From Psilocybe cubensis (lineage: Eukaryota): DNA of 64,000 bases. How positions within the stretch are numbered: position 1 is the first letter of the stretch; every line of letters starts with the position of its first letter. This document shows positions 11,160 to 24,883 of the stretch, in pieces. The stretch lies in the NCBI GenBank assembly GCA_017499595.2, contig CM039002.1:2728001-2792000 (forward strand), in the 5' to 3' direction. The position numbers were made by a program, and so were the translations under genes. Under the pieces are notes generated by a model. The model worked only from the letters and a program-made list of their open reading frames with translations, did not search any database and was not told the DNA's origin.

Positions 11160-13299
11160 TTCAATCACATTGGATCCCTCGTGGCATTTACATTGTCTCT
11201 GGGCTCTCCCGGACGCGTTCAAAAAGAAAGTGGATTACTTAAAGTTAAACCCCTTGTTTTGTGTCGTTACCCTCGACACATCCGGAGTTGCGATAAAAAC
11301 TGCGTTCGCCCTGATTTCAACAACATTCCGCCTTTCTAATATCCCCTGTTTTTTGTCTCCTTCGCATTTTCAACTTGCCGATACACCTACTCTGCAGCCG
11401 AGGGATCTCTCTGAGTTTTACAAGGCTTTCTCGTATTCTCAGGGCTTCTCTTAGTATGCATGCGAATGCCATATCGCGACGTCTTCTCAGTTGGGAAGAG
11501 CACCTTCTACTTTTTTTGTTTTGGTTACTTGCACTTAGACTGAGTGTTCAAATTTTGGAGAAAAACATACCTGATAATCTTTCATAGCGGCAATATGAAC
11601 TCTGCAAACCACACTCCATTCGTCCCCCTTTTCGCGTGTAACAAAGGCATTTTGAGGCTCACCCTCTCCACACAATTCTACCTTCCTATCCCGTGCAGAT
11701 GTTTGGAGTGTGGTTTCAAGTTCGTAGCTTCTACGCGATACCATAGTACTTTGCAGAGCGATGTCGTCCGTGGTGCTATATGCGAACATCTCATTGTCCA
11801 TCTCTCCAAAAACCTTAGCTCGGCCTACGTTGTATTGGCCCTGGTGTTTCTTGGGAGAAAAGACATACCACTAGTGTGCTCAGCAAAGAATGTGGCTTGA
11901 AATATGTATTTTTTTCTAGCACTGTCACTGCTGGCGCTGATACATATTTGATAGAAAAATATGTATCGGTAATTATGTTTCCTGTTGGTTTTTGACGTAT
12001 TTTTCTCGTATATAGAGTCCGGGGTTACCCAGTTAGGGAAGCCCGAATCCTATATTCCAATAAAATATGTCAAAAAAATTTAGGAAACATAATTACTGGG
12101 TCTTATTTTTCTTGAAAATACGTATGAGCGCCAGCAGTGTGTTCTACGCTGTTGAATGGAACCCGAACAACCCCCCTCCCAATAGTCGTCGAATATATGG
12201 TGCCGATGAGCCATTCCTCGTGTTTCAACTTAAACTACAGTGTACTGCTTTTGCCTGGGCTTGCTTCAAGAAGTAATCCCCATACTCGCCGACCAAAGGT
12301 TTCTAAGCCACTGCCTTGAATGATGTCAACAGTTAAGATGCGGGTTTCGCTCATTCTTCTGAGAACATAGGGCATCCTTTGACTCCTAGTAGCACTGCGT
12401 TGCTGCCGACGTTTCTGTCAAGCTGATACGATAGATATTCACGGCTTAGTTACGGTTGATAACTCAAATTATCAGTCTGGGTGTCAATTGCATCTTATTT
12501 GCATCAGCCTACTATTCTTTCCCTCGAGGCGTCACATTAATTTCCTTCAATAAAGGATCATTGAATCCATTCTGGCGATGTCATCGCATATTGAACCTGA
12601 ATTCAACCTGCCAAATCCATCCTGTAGACACCATTCTGAAGGGAAATTAAAAGAGTCTACAAAGATCACGCTACCATCGGATGCGACAGAGTGTTTTTGA
12701 TGGCCTATCTTCTGGCTAGAACATAAGCGCCTCAGTGACGCGGATGTTACCATTAATTGGATTATAGACATGTTATGGGTGTTCTAGTATCACAACGACA
12801 ATCTAATGGATACTCATTCGATGAATGGTTTATTTTCTGTCACCGCTAACAGAGGCTTACAGTGTGATGTCCTGGTGATGTGATCAATGTCAGTAAGCAT
12901 GACTGTGATGGATCAGATCATATATCCATGTTTGTTTTCCATTATCTCTGTGGTATACTCACTTCTCAAAAGTAATTTGGAACTGTGATTGCGAACAGGA
13001 CTTCCAGAAAGAACGGTATATCGTGTCGTCATAATCACTTACGCAACAGTATTGTGACAGTGCCTTTACGCTAGCGTGAGCTTAACGGGCGAGATGTCCG
13101 TGACGTACTTTCTGGTCAAAACGGAAGATGATCATAATCATATACGGTGTGCATCACGATAGCAGTGAGAAATACAATTTTATTACAACAGAAAAGAAAA
13201 GAACTATGCGAGATATGATGATATCTTGGAGATAGAGACGGTCTGGTCTGACGTGATGGTAGAGAGTATAGAAAGTGGAGAGTATATATATTTAAATCA

Positions 13300-13831
13300 T
13301 TACTCAGGCGGAGGGGGTTGAACCCGGCGAGCCGACAAGTATAAATCAGCCTTTTTGTCGGTAATCATTTCTTTATGAAGCAGATGCTTTCTCAAGGCAT
13401 CTACTCTGGCGAAGAGCCTCGCTGACCCGCAAACGCACTCTGATCCTGGAATTGAGCACCGGTACCAGAATGGGGCCATCCTTTGGTTTTGCCAGTCGGC
13501 CAAATGTTGCTTCGATTGTTGATGACGTTTCATTGTCGCCATATTTGAGCTGGTTGTGAATGTGCAGTCCCCAAGAGCGCATCCATACTTATGGGCCTTC
13601 GGGTGTGGCTCCGGACCGTCATAGACAATTCTGTAAACAGTTGTGATAGTCGGGTGAGGCTTTACTGTGAATCTGATTTCCTGAGGGTCAGGAATTTGGC
13701 GTGCCCGTTTATTGGGGAGTTCCTCTTGGTCTGGGCTTCGAGCCCTCTTAAGAGTGGGAACCTCTGGTGCACATACACGGTTCGCGCTTGAGCTCGGCTG
13801 GATAAAATCCTCAATATGATGATGATATAGT
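13300..13831 (-). CDS. Zinc-finger protein ZF-2 (terminal exon; upstream exons toward ~14140 unresolved)
   Basis: Open frame from the acceptor at 13832-13834: ...KRARSPDQEELPNKRAR (bipartite NLS)...YGCALGDCTFTTSSNMATMKRHQQSKQH...YRCSIPGSECVCGSARLFARVDALRKHL, stop at 13300. Confidence 0.7.
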
Positions 13832-14964
13832 CTGCCGCTTTAAAGTACACTTAGATTGGCATATACATGTATTCTACAGTGGCATTTCGAGTACCGCAAC
13901 CAAGACTCAGATTGAGAAATCCAGCCTTCCTAGACTGCTTCATTGTACACTCATTGTACACAAGATCCATGCTCATAGAGCAACTATTCGAGAACCTGCC
14001 TTTTTAGCTGCAGTATTTGAAAATCGGCTAAAGGGGATTCTTTGGCAGATTCTCCGAGAATGGAGAATGGTTCTTTCGTAAGCTGAGTCACCAAGGCAGT
14101 GGGCAGGTTTACTGATACCGAACAAAGAAATCCAAAGTCATTTCAGAATAGGTCACTGAAGAGTGACAAATTTTTTGCAGGAAGGTCACCAATAACGCAT
14201 CATAGAGGTATCTCGCAGTTCTGTATTTCACAATTCTAAAATGCATCTCCCATTGTCGCTATATTCTGAATAGCATGATTAAACCATATGTGCCGGGCTC
14301 AAAGCCGAATAATGCCGCTAGTAAGGTTTGAATTAAAATAGCAATTGCCGCCCGATAAGTCAAAATCAAGTCACACAGTGATCTGCCGTCTGTGGTGCCG
14401 CTTTCGGCACACGCTTCATTGATGAGGCTGTTGAAGTTCAACCCTAGGTGTTGGATTGTTGGGCCTTTCAAAGTTTCGGCCGCCAAGGTTGCTAAATTAT
14501 GCATTTTAGAAGCATAACGCTTTATTTCCCTGGGAAATATTTTTTGGGGGTTTACTTATAATCCCGGGGATTCCGGATACCATCGGAACCATGTGGATAG
14601 GATAAGTCAATGGATTGGCTTATCAAACCTTGACCCATCATGAAAGAAGTTTACGTGAAGGGTTTCAAAAGAGATTCCTCTCCAAGATCCATCCTCAAGA
14701 CAAATTGAGAATTGCATAGCCAAATGATATACGCATTTAGACTACAGTGCAATCGCTTCCTGACCACAGGCTTGTGATCGTTTGGCTGCAAATAATTCAC
14801 AACACAGACAGTTGTGGAAGCGCATCTCAGATTATTGAATATAAGTAGTAACTTGCATTAGTTCCTCTTTCTCTTCTGTACCTTCATATATCCTACACTT
14901 TTGCCCAGGTCTGTCTGATTTTTCTGCACGCGTTTTGTTAAAGGTTCTCAGCCTGAGGATTCAG

Positions 14965-15907
14965 ATGTCTGAGCAAGTGATCCAAGACTTCGATAAATAT
15001 TTTGAGGGGCTTCTCGAGATGTTCCCGTATGTAATTCCTGATCGATGTGTGTATCATCTTGTACATTCCCGTTGAACTCACATCGCGTGTAACAGGCCGG
15101 ACGAAGATGAGAAGAAACCCCTTCAGAGGGCAGCTACAGAGATACCACTCACGTAAGTACTGGTATTCCTTGGCTCTATATCTCGAAACATTCATACAAA
15201 TTTGTATCCTATACAGGCTGGCTGATAATGAGGGTTTTCTTCCTCGAAAGGTATGTTCTGTGAACGTTCCTTCGGTGGAAGAGGCTCGAACAGAACATTC
15301 GGTCACACTGAAGTAAGTTATTATAGTTTCTGTGCCTACCTTGGCTCACTGGACATGTATCGCATATAGGACAACCGAGGCGTCCAATGACCTCACTTTG
15401 CAAGCGGATCCATCCCGGTTACCAAGTCCTGCAAAAGTGCTACTTACGATACCAGCTAAACGCAAATGTGAGGACATGGTCGAAGTATCATCGACCGTCT
15501 CAAAGAAATTGCGAGGGACGTATTTGAACTCCCCGGAGCCGGGAACAACATGGGGAGATTTCAAAATCGACGGAATAGACTCTGGAAAAATGATCAAAAA
15601 AATCAATTATTCCACAGGCAATACTCAAAACTCCAAGCATTTCCCCGGGCCACAATTTGTTTGCACCTCTCCAGGATGCAATATGACCACAAAAACATCG
15701 GGCGACATGCGAAAGCACTGGCAAACGTCTCGACATTCCCAAGGTGCCAAATATCAGTGTCATCCATTAAAAGGTGACGCTGCAAAGTGTACCTGCTCAA
15801 AGCCGTCACGATTCATGCAGGTATATGCCCTTAAAAGACATTTGGCTACTACCAAAGTGATTGCCTCACGATCCCCTGCTTTCGACGCTACTCCTTATAT
15901 GATTTAA
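14965..15907 (+). CDS. Zinc-finger protein ZF-3 (4 coding exons)
   Basis: ATG at 14965 (MSEQVIQDFDKYFEGLLEMFP). Three GT-AG introns lead in frame into ORF 15332-15907 with KRKCED...KKLR NLS, CTSPGC...MRKHWQTSRH and CHPLKGDAAKCTC...F...ALKRHL. Confidence 0.75.
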
Positions 15908-16257
15908 AGTGTATACATGATTATCCTGTATTGTATTATTAATTCAAACGCAAGTTTTTTATGGGCACAAATTCAGTTGGCAGCCACTTTTGTATCAGGT
16001 GGAAATTGGTTGTCGTGATCCATTGTTTCGTCAGCATGTCTGGAATTCTTGACTGTTAGCGGAAATTTTCGTCTAAAACCTGTCTTTAACACACCATTTC
16101 CTTAACTTTGATCAAAGAAGTTATATATTTATAGGATCATCGTTCTGCAAAATTTACTTCTCTTCAAAGTTAAAATTATATCAGAAAAGCTACTGGCATG
16201 TACTCTGAGTTAGCTTGTGCTAGGTCTACGAGTATAGTAAAGAGAATATATCAAATG

Positions 16258-17846
16258 TTATAGCGAAATAGGAAGCCTTTCAAATTCTAAACTGGCAAGA
16301 AGGAATGCGGCGACCCCTTTCAAATCGTTGACATCAGTGACCTGACTGACATAGTACTGATTCAATCAATTAATTTTTTTTCCAGGTGGATATCATCAGC
16401 ATAATTGACTTACATCGAAGTCTCCAGTCGTGTCCAGACTTCCGACCTATCAACATGAAGTCACATTTCAAAAGAAATGATACTTGAACGTTTGAGACTT
16501 ACAATCACAGTATTCAGCCAGTTCATTGTGCCGTCTGGATTTACTACCACCCAATTGTTGACCATGTACTCATAGGCCTTTCGAGCGGAAAGCAAGATGC
16601 TCCCATCTTCGTCATAAACATGACCTAGTCTCACTGCCTTGAGTAATGCATATACAAACATCGCTGTACCACTACTCTCAAAGTAGTTTTTGGTCCTTCC
16701 AGGCTGTGTCATGACGAGCCACCATGCTCCACTGGTTGGATCAGCAGCTTTTTGAATGCGTGGAACGAGTAGCTGAAGGATGGAGAGGATTCTACTGTAT
16801 CCTGGGTGCGACTGTGGCATGATATCAAGTATGTCGACGAGTGCCATTGAGTACCAGCCTAAAGCACGATCCCAAACCTCTGGGGAGTGGCCACGGTCGG
16901 CAGACGCCCAAGGGGCAACACCAGAGTGATCGTACCCATGGTACATCAAGCCGGTATTATTTGGGGCTGTGGCATTCTGAATAGTGTTTTGGAACATGAG
17001 AACAAACTGGTTGGTAATGTCGTCTGAGGAGAAAACGAAATGTGAATTAGAATAAATAAGATGGAGTAGACATTTGATCTCCCACCCCAGGCCGTATCAT
17101 TTGAGAGTTGGAAAGTCGAAGTGTAACTAGCGTAGAAAATTTCACCCATGTAAATCCCATCTAACCACCCTTTTACCAATAGTAAGCTTTCTTTCCCGTA
17201 AAAGACAACAGCTTCCAAACCTTGGTTTGGGTACTTGAGCTTGTGCCAAAATTGTCCTTGTGTAGTACGAGGATGGGAATCAAGTTGACTACGAAAAGTG
17301 TCAGCGGCAATTTTGTATTTAGAGGTCTTGTTCTGAGTCAATCCATGCCTAGGAATCGTCAAACAATATTGGAAAATTTACAAAATTGGCATCAACTTAC
17401 AGATAAATCATTGTGGGTCCGGTTCTAAATGTGTAATATGAGATCGAGCTTCACGTTCAACGTGAATCGCAAACCTTAGAGGATCCAACACATAATCTGT
17501 TAGTCTGAGAAAGAAATTGAGAAGTGCTTCGCGGAGAAAAGCAAGCTGCAAGGTACACATAGCTTCCATGAACGGTACCATTGCTGAACACAATGTTGTC
17601 GATGCCTTGTTTGATGTAATCGAAATACGTGGTATTCCCTGTCCTTTCATACAATTGGCGTAGTCCCCATTGAAATTCTCCATGCTCGTAGGATACGATT
17701 GGATTTTCATTTGCATCAAGACCGTTCCCTTGACGTCGAGCAATTGCAGAATCCGCTGCCCATACAGCATATGACGTCCGTCCTGTTGCAATAGCCATTT
17801 TACAGATGCACAATAGCGATACGGCTAAAGAAGGAAGCTTGACCAT
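16258..17846 (-). CDS. Secreted glycoside hydrolase family 105 (unsaturated rhamnogalacturonyl/glucuronyl hydrolase)
   Basis: Signal peptide MVKLPSLAVSLLCICKMAIA. Motifs YEHGEFQWGL, QFWHKLKYPNQ-GWLDGIYM, WDRALGWYSMALVDIL, YFESSGTAMFVYALLKAVRLG and final AAFLLASLEFE. Multiple GT-AG introns. Confidence 0.9.
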
Positions 17847-18752
17847 GATGGGCAGTTAAGGTGGCATGGTATGTTTGGAGGCTGGTTTATATGCGCCAAC
17901 GGCGGATTGAGAAGACATGTTCATGGAATGCCGTTCGGGAGGAAACCTTTGAACTTAAATTTAGTGAATTCTTTCGGCCCGTATGAATTGAGCGATGATG
18001 GAGAAATCTCGTATTCACGTTGTTTCTGTCATGTTATTGGTGGCACGGAGCGTATGAGTAGCATCGTGTGACCATCATAACTGCTAGCAATTGTGGAATG
18101 AGCGTGCAAGCCCTTCAGGGTGTAAACTATAGACAAATTTAGATCGATGAAACATAATGCATAAACTTTAGACGGGCATACATAGAAATTCATCGCCATG
18201 GCCAACATAAGTTCCCTTCTAGAAGCCTTTTGAGGGTCTTGATACGCGATTCCCAGTGGAAAGACTCGTTATTCAATTTTTATCGGAATTTGGTTCAGGA
18301 TTTCAGTCCTGTTTAATCTGTGTATAAGAGTACGTTGAAATAGTAAGAGCAGTCGGAGAAAGCGCACTAGAAGATTCCAAAAGATATGCCACATGTAATG
18401 GGGTTAGACTTGTGCAAGATTTCAAAATCTCGTTGCACAAAATATCACTGCTGGGAACCGCCACTGTGCTTTGCCACCGATCCTCCCCTCAGCCTGAGGA
18501 TCACACACTTTGAATCCATTCATTGTGAAACATAAGCACTTCATTGACCGGACACCCCAACACAATACACGGCATAGAGCGTTGCTAACACTGTGCAGTG
18601 AGCGGAACCAACCACGATATTCTAGCGACCCAGTCTGACTTCTAAGGACGCGATTGGCTACCTGAATTGTGACGGTGGGAATCATTGATGAAGGAGATAA
18701 TTAGGGGCTTTCTTATCTTATCCAACTTGAATCCCACCCATCGTCGCGCACG

Positions 18753-21700
18753 ATGCACCTTCTTCCCAGAGAAGAGGCGAAGCTTTTACTTCATCAGGTG
18801 TGTTTTACCAACGAGTTTGAAGCATCGACTGACAAATATACCAGGCTGGCACACTCGCGCAAAAGCGCCTTGCAAGGGGCCTCCGCCTTAACCAAACCGA
18901 AGCTGTTGCTCTTATTGCTTCGCAGCTCCAGGAGCGTATTCGAGATGGTCTGAACAGCGTGGCAGAACTAATGCACCACGGCAAGACACTGCTTGGAAGA
19001 CGCCACGTTCTACCTAGCGTTCCGGGATTGTTGAAAGAAATCCAAGTGGAAGGGACATTTGTCGATGGGTGAGTGTCTGCCGTCGCTGCGTGCCATTCTT
19101 TACTTACTCTATGTAAAAGAGTTTTTCTTGTGACAGTACACGACCCAATATGCACAGAATCTGGAAATCTTGAAGCTGCCCTATACGGTTCTTTCTTTCC
19201 AGTCCCGTCAGACGACGTGTTCCCCATTATTGACGAGGCCGAGTATGCGCCAGAGAAGACGCCTGGCGCAGTGATAGCGAAGAAGGAAAGCATTATCATC
19301 AACAAAGGGCGCGAAAGGATCAAACTTAGAGTCACGAACAACGGGGACAGGCCAATCCAGGTGCGCATTACCATGAATCCGATCATTTGGCAGTGTTCTG
19401 ACTTGCGCAGATTGGCTCGCATTACCACTTCATTGAGACCAACCCCTCCTTGTCATTTGACAGAATCAAATCGTATGGGAAACGCCTCGACATCCCTGCT
19501 GGTACGGCTGTCCGCTTCGAGCCTGGGGACACCAAGACCGTGTCTCTCGTTTCAATCTCTGGGTCCAAAATCATCTCGGGTGGGAACGCGTTAGCGTCCG
19601 GAGTATATGATCCATCCCCTGAGAGGACAAGTGCTATTTTGGACGAGATACTGCGAAAAGGGTTTGCCCATGTCCCGGAGCCTGGTGCGCTAGAAGTCAA
19701 CATGGACGAAAATGAGATAGGAAGAGAGGTATATATTTCTATGTTCGGCCCAACTGTTGGCGATCGTGTCAGGCTCGGAGACACGACCTTGTGGGTCGAA
19801 GTGGAACACGACGAAACTGTTTATGGAGACGAGGCCAAATTTGGAGGAGGTGATTTTCTTCTTAGAAATTGGGTTCATATATGCTAAATTTTTAAAGGAA
19901 AATCGATCCGTGAGGGAATGGGGCAGGCGACTAATAGGTCCTCTGAAGAGACCCTCGATCTCGTTGTCACAAATGCACTCATTATCGACTGGTCTGGAAT
20001 CTACAAAGTGAGTTGTTTTCAAACAATTCATGACTGCCATTTACACTGTTGTAGGCCGATATTGGAGTCAAAAATGGTTTAATTGTGGGAATCGGAAAGG
20101 CGGGAAACCCAGATGTAATGGCGAATGTACACCCTTCACTCATCATTGGGTCTTCCACGGAAGTTATTGCTGGCGAAAAGCTCATCGTCACAGCAGGTGC
20201 CATCGATGCTCATGTTCACTACATCTGCCCCCAGCAGATCGAAGAAGCTTTGGCAGCCGGTACGACGACTTTCATTGGAGGTGGAACTGGACCAAGTGCA
20301 GGCACGAACGCGACGACGTGCACAAGCAGTCCATTCTACATGAGACACATGCTTGCGGCTACTGACGGCCTCGCCATGAACGTGGCTTTTACTGGAAAAG
20401 GTAACGACGCAGGTCCGACAGCGCTAAGGGAAATCATAAAGGCTGGTGCATGTGGTCTCAAGTTGCACGAAGACTGGGGATCCACACCAGCTTCTATCAT
20501 CAACTGTCTTGACGTGGCGGACGAATTTGATGTGCAGGTGAACATTCACACTGATACGCTGAACGAAAGTGGATTTGTTGAAAGTATGCTGTTTTTTTTG
20601 GTCACAAATTCCAATTTTACGCAAGCATTTCAGGTACCATCGCTGCATTTGGGAACCGGACAATCCATACCTACCACAGCGAAGGAGCAGGTATATGTCA
20701 CTTCCAAGCGTCATAGTCTAAACTCATCTCGTGCCTAGGTGGTGGTCATGCGCCTGATATTATCGTTGTTTGTGGCCTCCCAAACGTCCTGCCGTCTTCA
20801 ACCAATCCCACTCGACCATATACCAACAACACCCTGGACGAACATCTAGACGTAAAGCTCATTTCTATCTGGTTTTACTAAAGCTGATGGAATACCAATC
20901 ATCCCAGATGTTAATGGTTTGCCATCACCTTGACAGATCCATTCCTGAAGATTTAGCATTCGCCGAATCACGTATTCGGGCAGAGACTGTGGCCGCTGAA
21001 GATGTGCTACACGACTCAGGCGCAATTGCGATGATTAGCTCCGACTCACAGGCGATGGGACGGGTGGGTGAAGTGGTCAGTCGAACATGGCGTACAGCCA
21101 GCAAGCTTCGTGAGTTCAGGGGTCCACTCAATGATCTCGGAGACGAGGAAGGCAGGGATAATGCAAGAGTCAAGAGATATATCTCGAAATACACTATTAA
21201 CCCGTGCGTGTTCAAATTTAAGTTTGAAGAAAACAGGGTAAAACTAACGCTTCGCATTGGATTACTAGGGCAATTACCCATGGAATCAGTCATATGGTTG
21301 GCCAAGTTGCTGTGGGCACCCTCGCGGATCTCGTTCTGTGGAAACCGGAAAACTTTGGTTCCAAACCGCAAATGGTGTTGAAGTCAGGTGTCATAGTATG
21401 GGCGCAGGTGCATCCAACTGAATGTGAAAGTCTTGAGTTCCCGCTTACCAACCTTGACATATAGATGGGCGATGCAAATGCCTCCATTCCATCCGTGCAG
21501 CCATTCTACTCCAAGCCAATGTGGGGCGCCAAAGCTGGCTCAGCTGCCCTGAACTCCGTGGCATTTGTGTCAGAGGTTTCCATAACATCTGGCACGATAG
21601 CGTCCTATGGTCTCTCCAAACGTGTCGAAGCTGTCCGTGGTTGTCGCCAAGTGACCAAGAAGGACATGAAGTGGAATGACGCGACGCCGAAAATGTCTGT

Positions 21701-21797
21701 CGACCCAGAGAACTACGAGGTTCGTGCAGATGGAGAGCTAGCGGATATTGCACCAGCCCAGACATTGCCATTGTCAAGGGGGTACAATCTTTTCTGA
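18753..21797 (+). CDS. URE1: Urease (fungal single-chain gamma-beta-alpha fusion, Ni-dependent)
   Basis: Starts [12 protein letters not shown]. Contains [69 protein letters not shown] and [12 protein letters not shown]; ends [10 protein letters not shown]. About a dozen short introns. Confidence 0.98.
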
Positions 21798-23077
21798 GTC
21801 CTCAAGATCACCTAAAAGGATTTGGCGGAACTGGATAAGATTTGTTTTACTTTGCTTATGGGAACTCATTTGAGAAGATAAAGGGAAATGAATTGTATTT
21901 GTATCAGTGGCACGATAGTCGTGCCAAGTTATGCTGGACGTGTTACAAATCACATACTCTTCAATACCTGGCGGAATGTCGCCATGAGAAGACCGGTATC
22001 GTGAAGTATTGGCCAATATCAGCTGTTCAAATGTAGCTAACATCAGAAATATGCAGATGTACGAGAACACGACTGAAAACTGAAAAAGCCCTCATTTAAA
22101 TTGTCGGCGATGCAAGAAGACTTGAAGCTTCAAGTTCATGAGCAAATACGCTTGAAATTTAAGCATATAGCACGATCGTCGTGCACATACGACTCCAAAA
22201 TCTATCTACTGGCACACTACAGGCTAATTTATGGAAGCAAATTACATTTAAATCGTCTTCTTTCTTTCTTTACAGGCTAGTCCCTTGCATATTAATTTTC
22301 GGGGAAAGTCTGAATTTTGGACAGTAACAAAAATCTACACAACCCTTCAATGGCTAGAGCTACTAAAGTAAGTGGCAATTAAATAACAATAACTATCTTG
22401 ACACACATTCGGACTGACAAATGATACGAAGCATCCACATATATCGATATTTGTCCCGGGATAACTCGCCCAATTCAGAGCGCGGTGATGCTGTTGTGAT
22501 TCTGAGTACGCGACTGGCACGCAGTACTATCACGCGACATGTTGAGTTGGTCACGTCTTTTCCGCCTTATGATCAAATTTATTTCTCCGTGGCGCTGTGG
22601 CGTGGTAATGTTCATATCGTGCTGTGACTGCTGTCCTTCCCATGCTAATTCTTGTTGGTCATGTTGGCACGGAGCGCCACTGACGCTCAAATGGGAGACG
22701 TTCAAATAGACGCTGTTATTTCCTACCCTACTTGAAAACCTGGGATAAAAAGATTCGAACAGGGCAGAGGGGTTAGTCCCCCGGATCACACACATTTTTC
22801 ACAGCATTACCTCCGTACGTATGTTGTCACCCAAAATTGCCGATTTTTCCTGACTCGTTGTCTGACGCAAGGTTAAGCTGCATGCTTCATCGAAGCTGAT
22901 ACGCATTTTTCGCCTTTATTGTGGTACGTACATGGCTAACATAGTGGAGGTGGCGATTACTTGAATGTCAATAAATTTATCGCAGGTGTCCTATCTGTGG
23001 GATTTAAATAGGCCTCAAGTAAGCCCCGTCGTTCGTTATCTCTTTACGTCGCTCGTAACCCTTCCCCAATATCAGCA

Positions 23078-24883
23078 ATGTCTAACCAAGAGATCGCCAC
23101 GACTGCATCCAATGAAGAAACACCACTACTGCGAACCGGCTCTGCTTCTGCGTCAAGCAACAATGGAAGAACACCTCTACCCAAGCTGCAGATAGCCATC
23201 GTATTGCTCCTACAGATTTGTGAGCCCATTAGCAGTCAATCCATTTATCCGTATATCAACGCTGTGAGTGCTGAAATGTGGAGAGGCGGATGAGACTCAA
23301 TAGCTTGATACTAGTTGATCAGCGAGTTGGACATCACTGGAGGAGATGAGAGAAAAGTGGGGTATTATGCCGGTTTAATTGTTGAGTGGGTTATTCTGTA
23401 CCACCTATTTATCCTAATTCTCCCATTTCCAGGAATCCCTTTTTTTCGCCACCGAGGCTCTGACGGTACTCCAATGGAGTAGAGCCTCTGACCATATTGG
23501 ACGAAAACCGGTTCTATTAATCGGGATGCTTGGATTAACAATATCAATGCTGTCATTTGGGCTTTCTCGTACTTTCTGGGCGCTGGTGATCAGGTATGGT
23601 TCTTTCTTCGACTCATTACGCCAGATTGACCGCCTTCCAGCCGATGCTTGACTGGTCTATTGAATGGAAATATCGGTACGTGCATCAGATGACTACTCAA
23701 TGATTTTTTGCTCACTTGTTGCGAAGGAGTGATGAAGAGTGTTATGGGAGAACTCACAGACTCCACAAACCGAGCAGAGGGTTTCGCATTGATGCCAGTT
23801 GTATGGGGCTTCGGCGCGACAATGGGGTACGTGATTCTATGGGATATCTTTAGATATCAACTAATCATTTATCAGACCCCTGTTAGGAGGCTCTTTATCT
23901 CATCCTCACGAGCGCTTCCCAAATTACTTTGGCGCGTCATTTTGGAAAGAGTATCCATACTTTTTGCCATGTCTTGTAGCTTCAGCCTATGTACTGTTTG
24001 CCTCGCTAATTGCGCTCATTTGGTTTAAAGAAGTGCGTATTCTGTTGTCCAATCCCTTCAGCCACGTACTGAGCCCTCTAGTAGACAATACCGAAGCGAA
24101 AGAACCCACAGCAAGCTCTCGAATCCTGTGATGGGACAAAATCTGCCTCACGTGAGGATCCTGTCCCGCTTCGAGAACTCCTCGTGTATCCGATTATTCT
24201 CTCGGTCTCAAACTATGTCGTACTGGCGTTCCTCAACATAGCCGTTTGTGCTTTGTTGCCACTATTTTTGGCTATGCCCCTCGAAATAGGAGGCCTCAAC
24301 TACGACCCACCTGCCATTGGCTATATCATAGGATCCTATGGCGCAGGCAGCGCGATATTCCAAGCCTTCTTCTTTGCACGGATTGTGCGATACTTTGGAG
24401 AGAAACGGATTTTCGTGTCTGCTATGTCCACTTTTATCCCGGTGTTTTTGTTGTTTCCCATGATTAACATCTGCGCCCTGCATTTCGGTCAGCAGTCCAC
24501 TGCCGTATGGTGTCTCATTGCCATCCTCCTCGCCATGTTGGCATTCATGGACATGGCTTACGGTATGATGGTACATTTACACCTTCATCGCCGCTCTGAC
24601 TCGCTTTACAGGGACTATCTTCATGTATATCACGACATCCTCTCCCAACAAGCGTTCACTAGGAGCCACGAACGGTCTTTCACAGACCACGGTGTCGATC
24701 GCACGGGCTATCGGCCCTGCTCTGTCGACATCGCTATTTTCGTACTCGGTCGAGAAAAGATTGTTAGGCGGCTTCGGTGTATACGCAATCTTTTCCATCC
24801 TTTCTGTCTTCGCGTTATACCTTGCCACTCGACTTCCAAACAAAACATGGGACGCCATCCAATCCGAGCCCATCGACGACTAA
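23078..24883 (+). CDS. MFS transporter (Ycr023c/ZIFL-like), paralog 1
   Basis: EETPLL, TPLPKLQ, EPISSQSIYPYIN, SDHIGRKP (motif A), LNGNIGVMKS, SLGATNGLSQT...RAIGPA; multi-exon. Confidence 0.92.

Noticed and set aside
18805..21777. Long antisense ORFs over the urease and other genes
   Set aside because: Shadow frames of well-supported coding exons.
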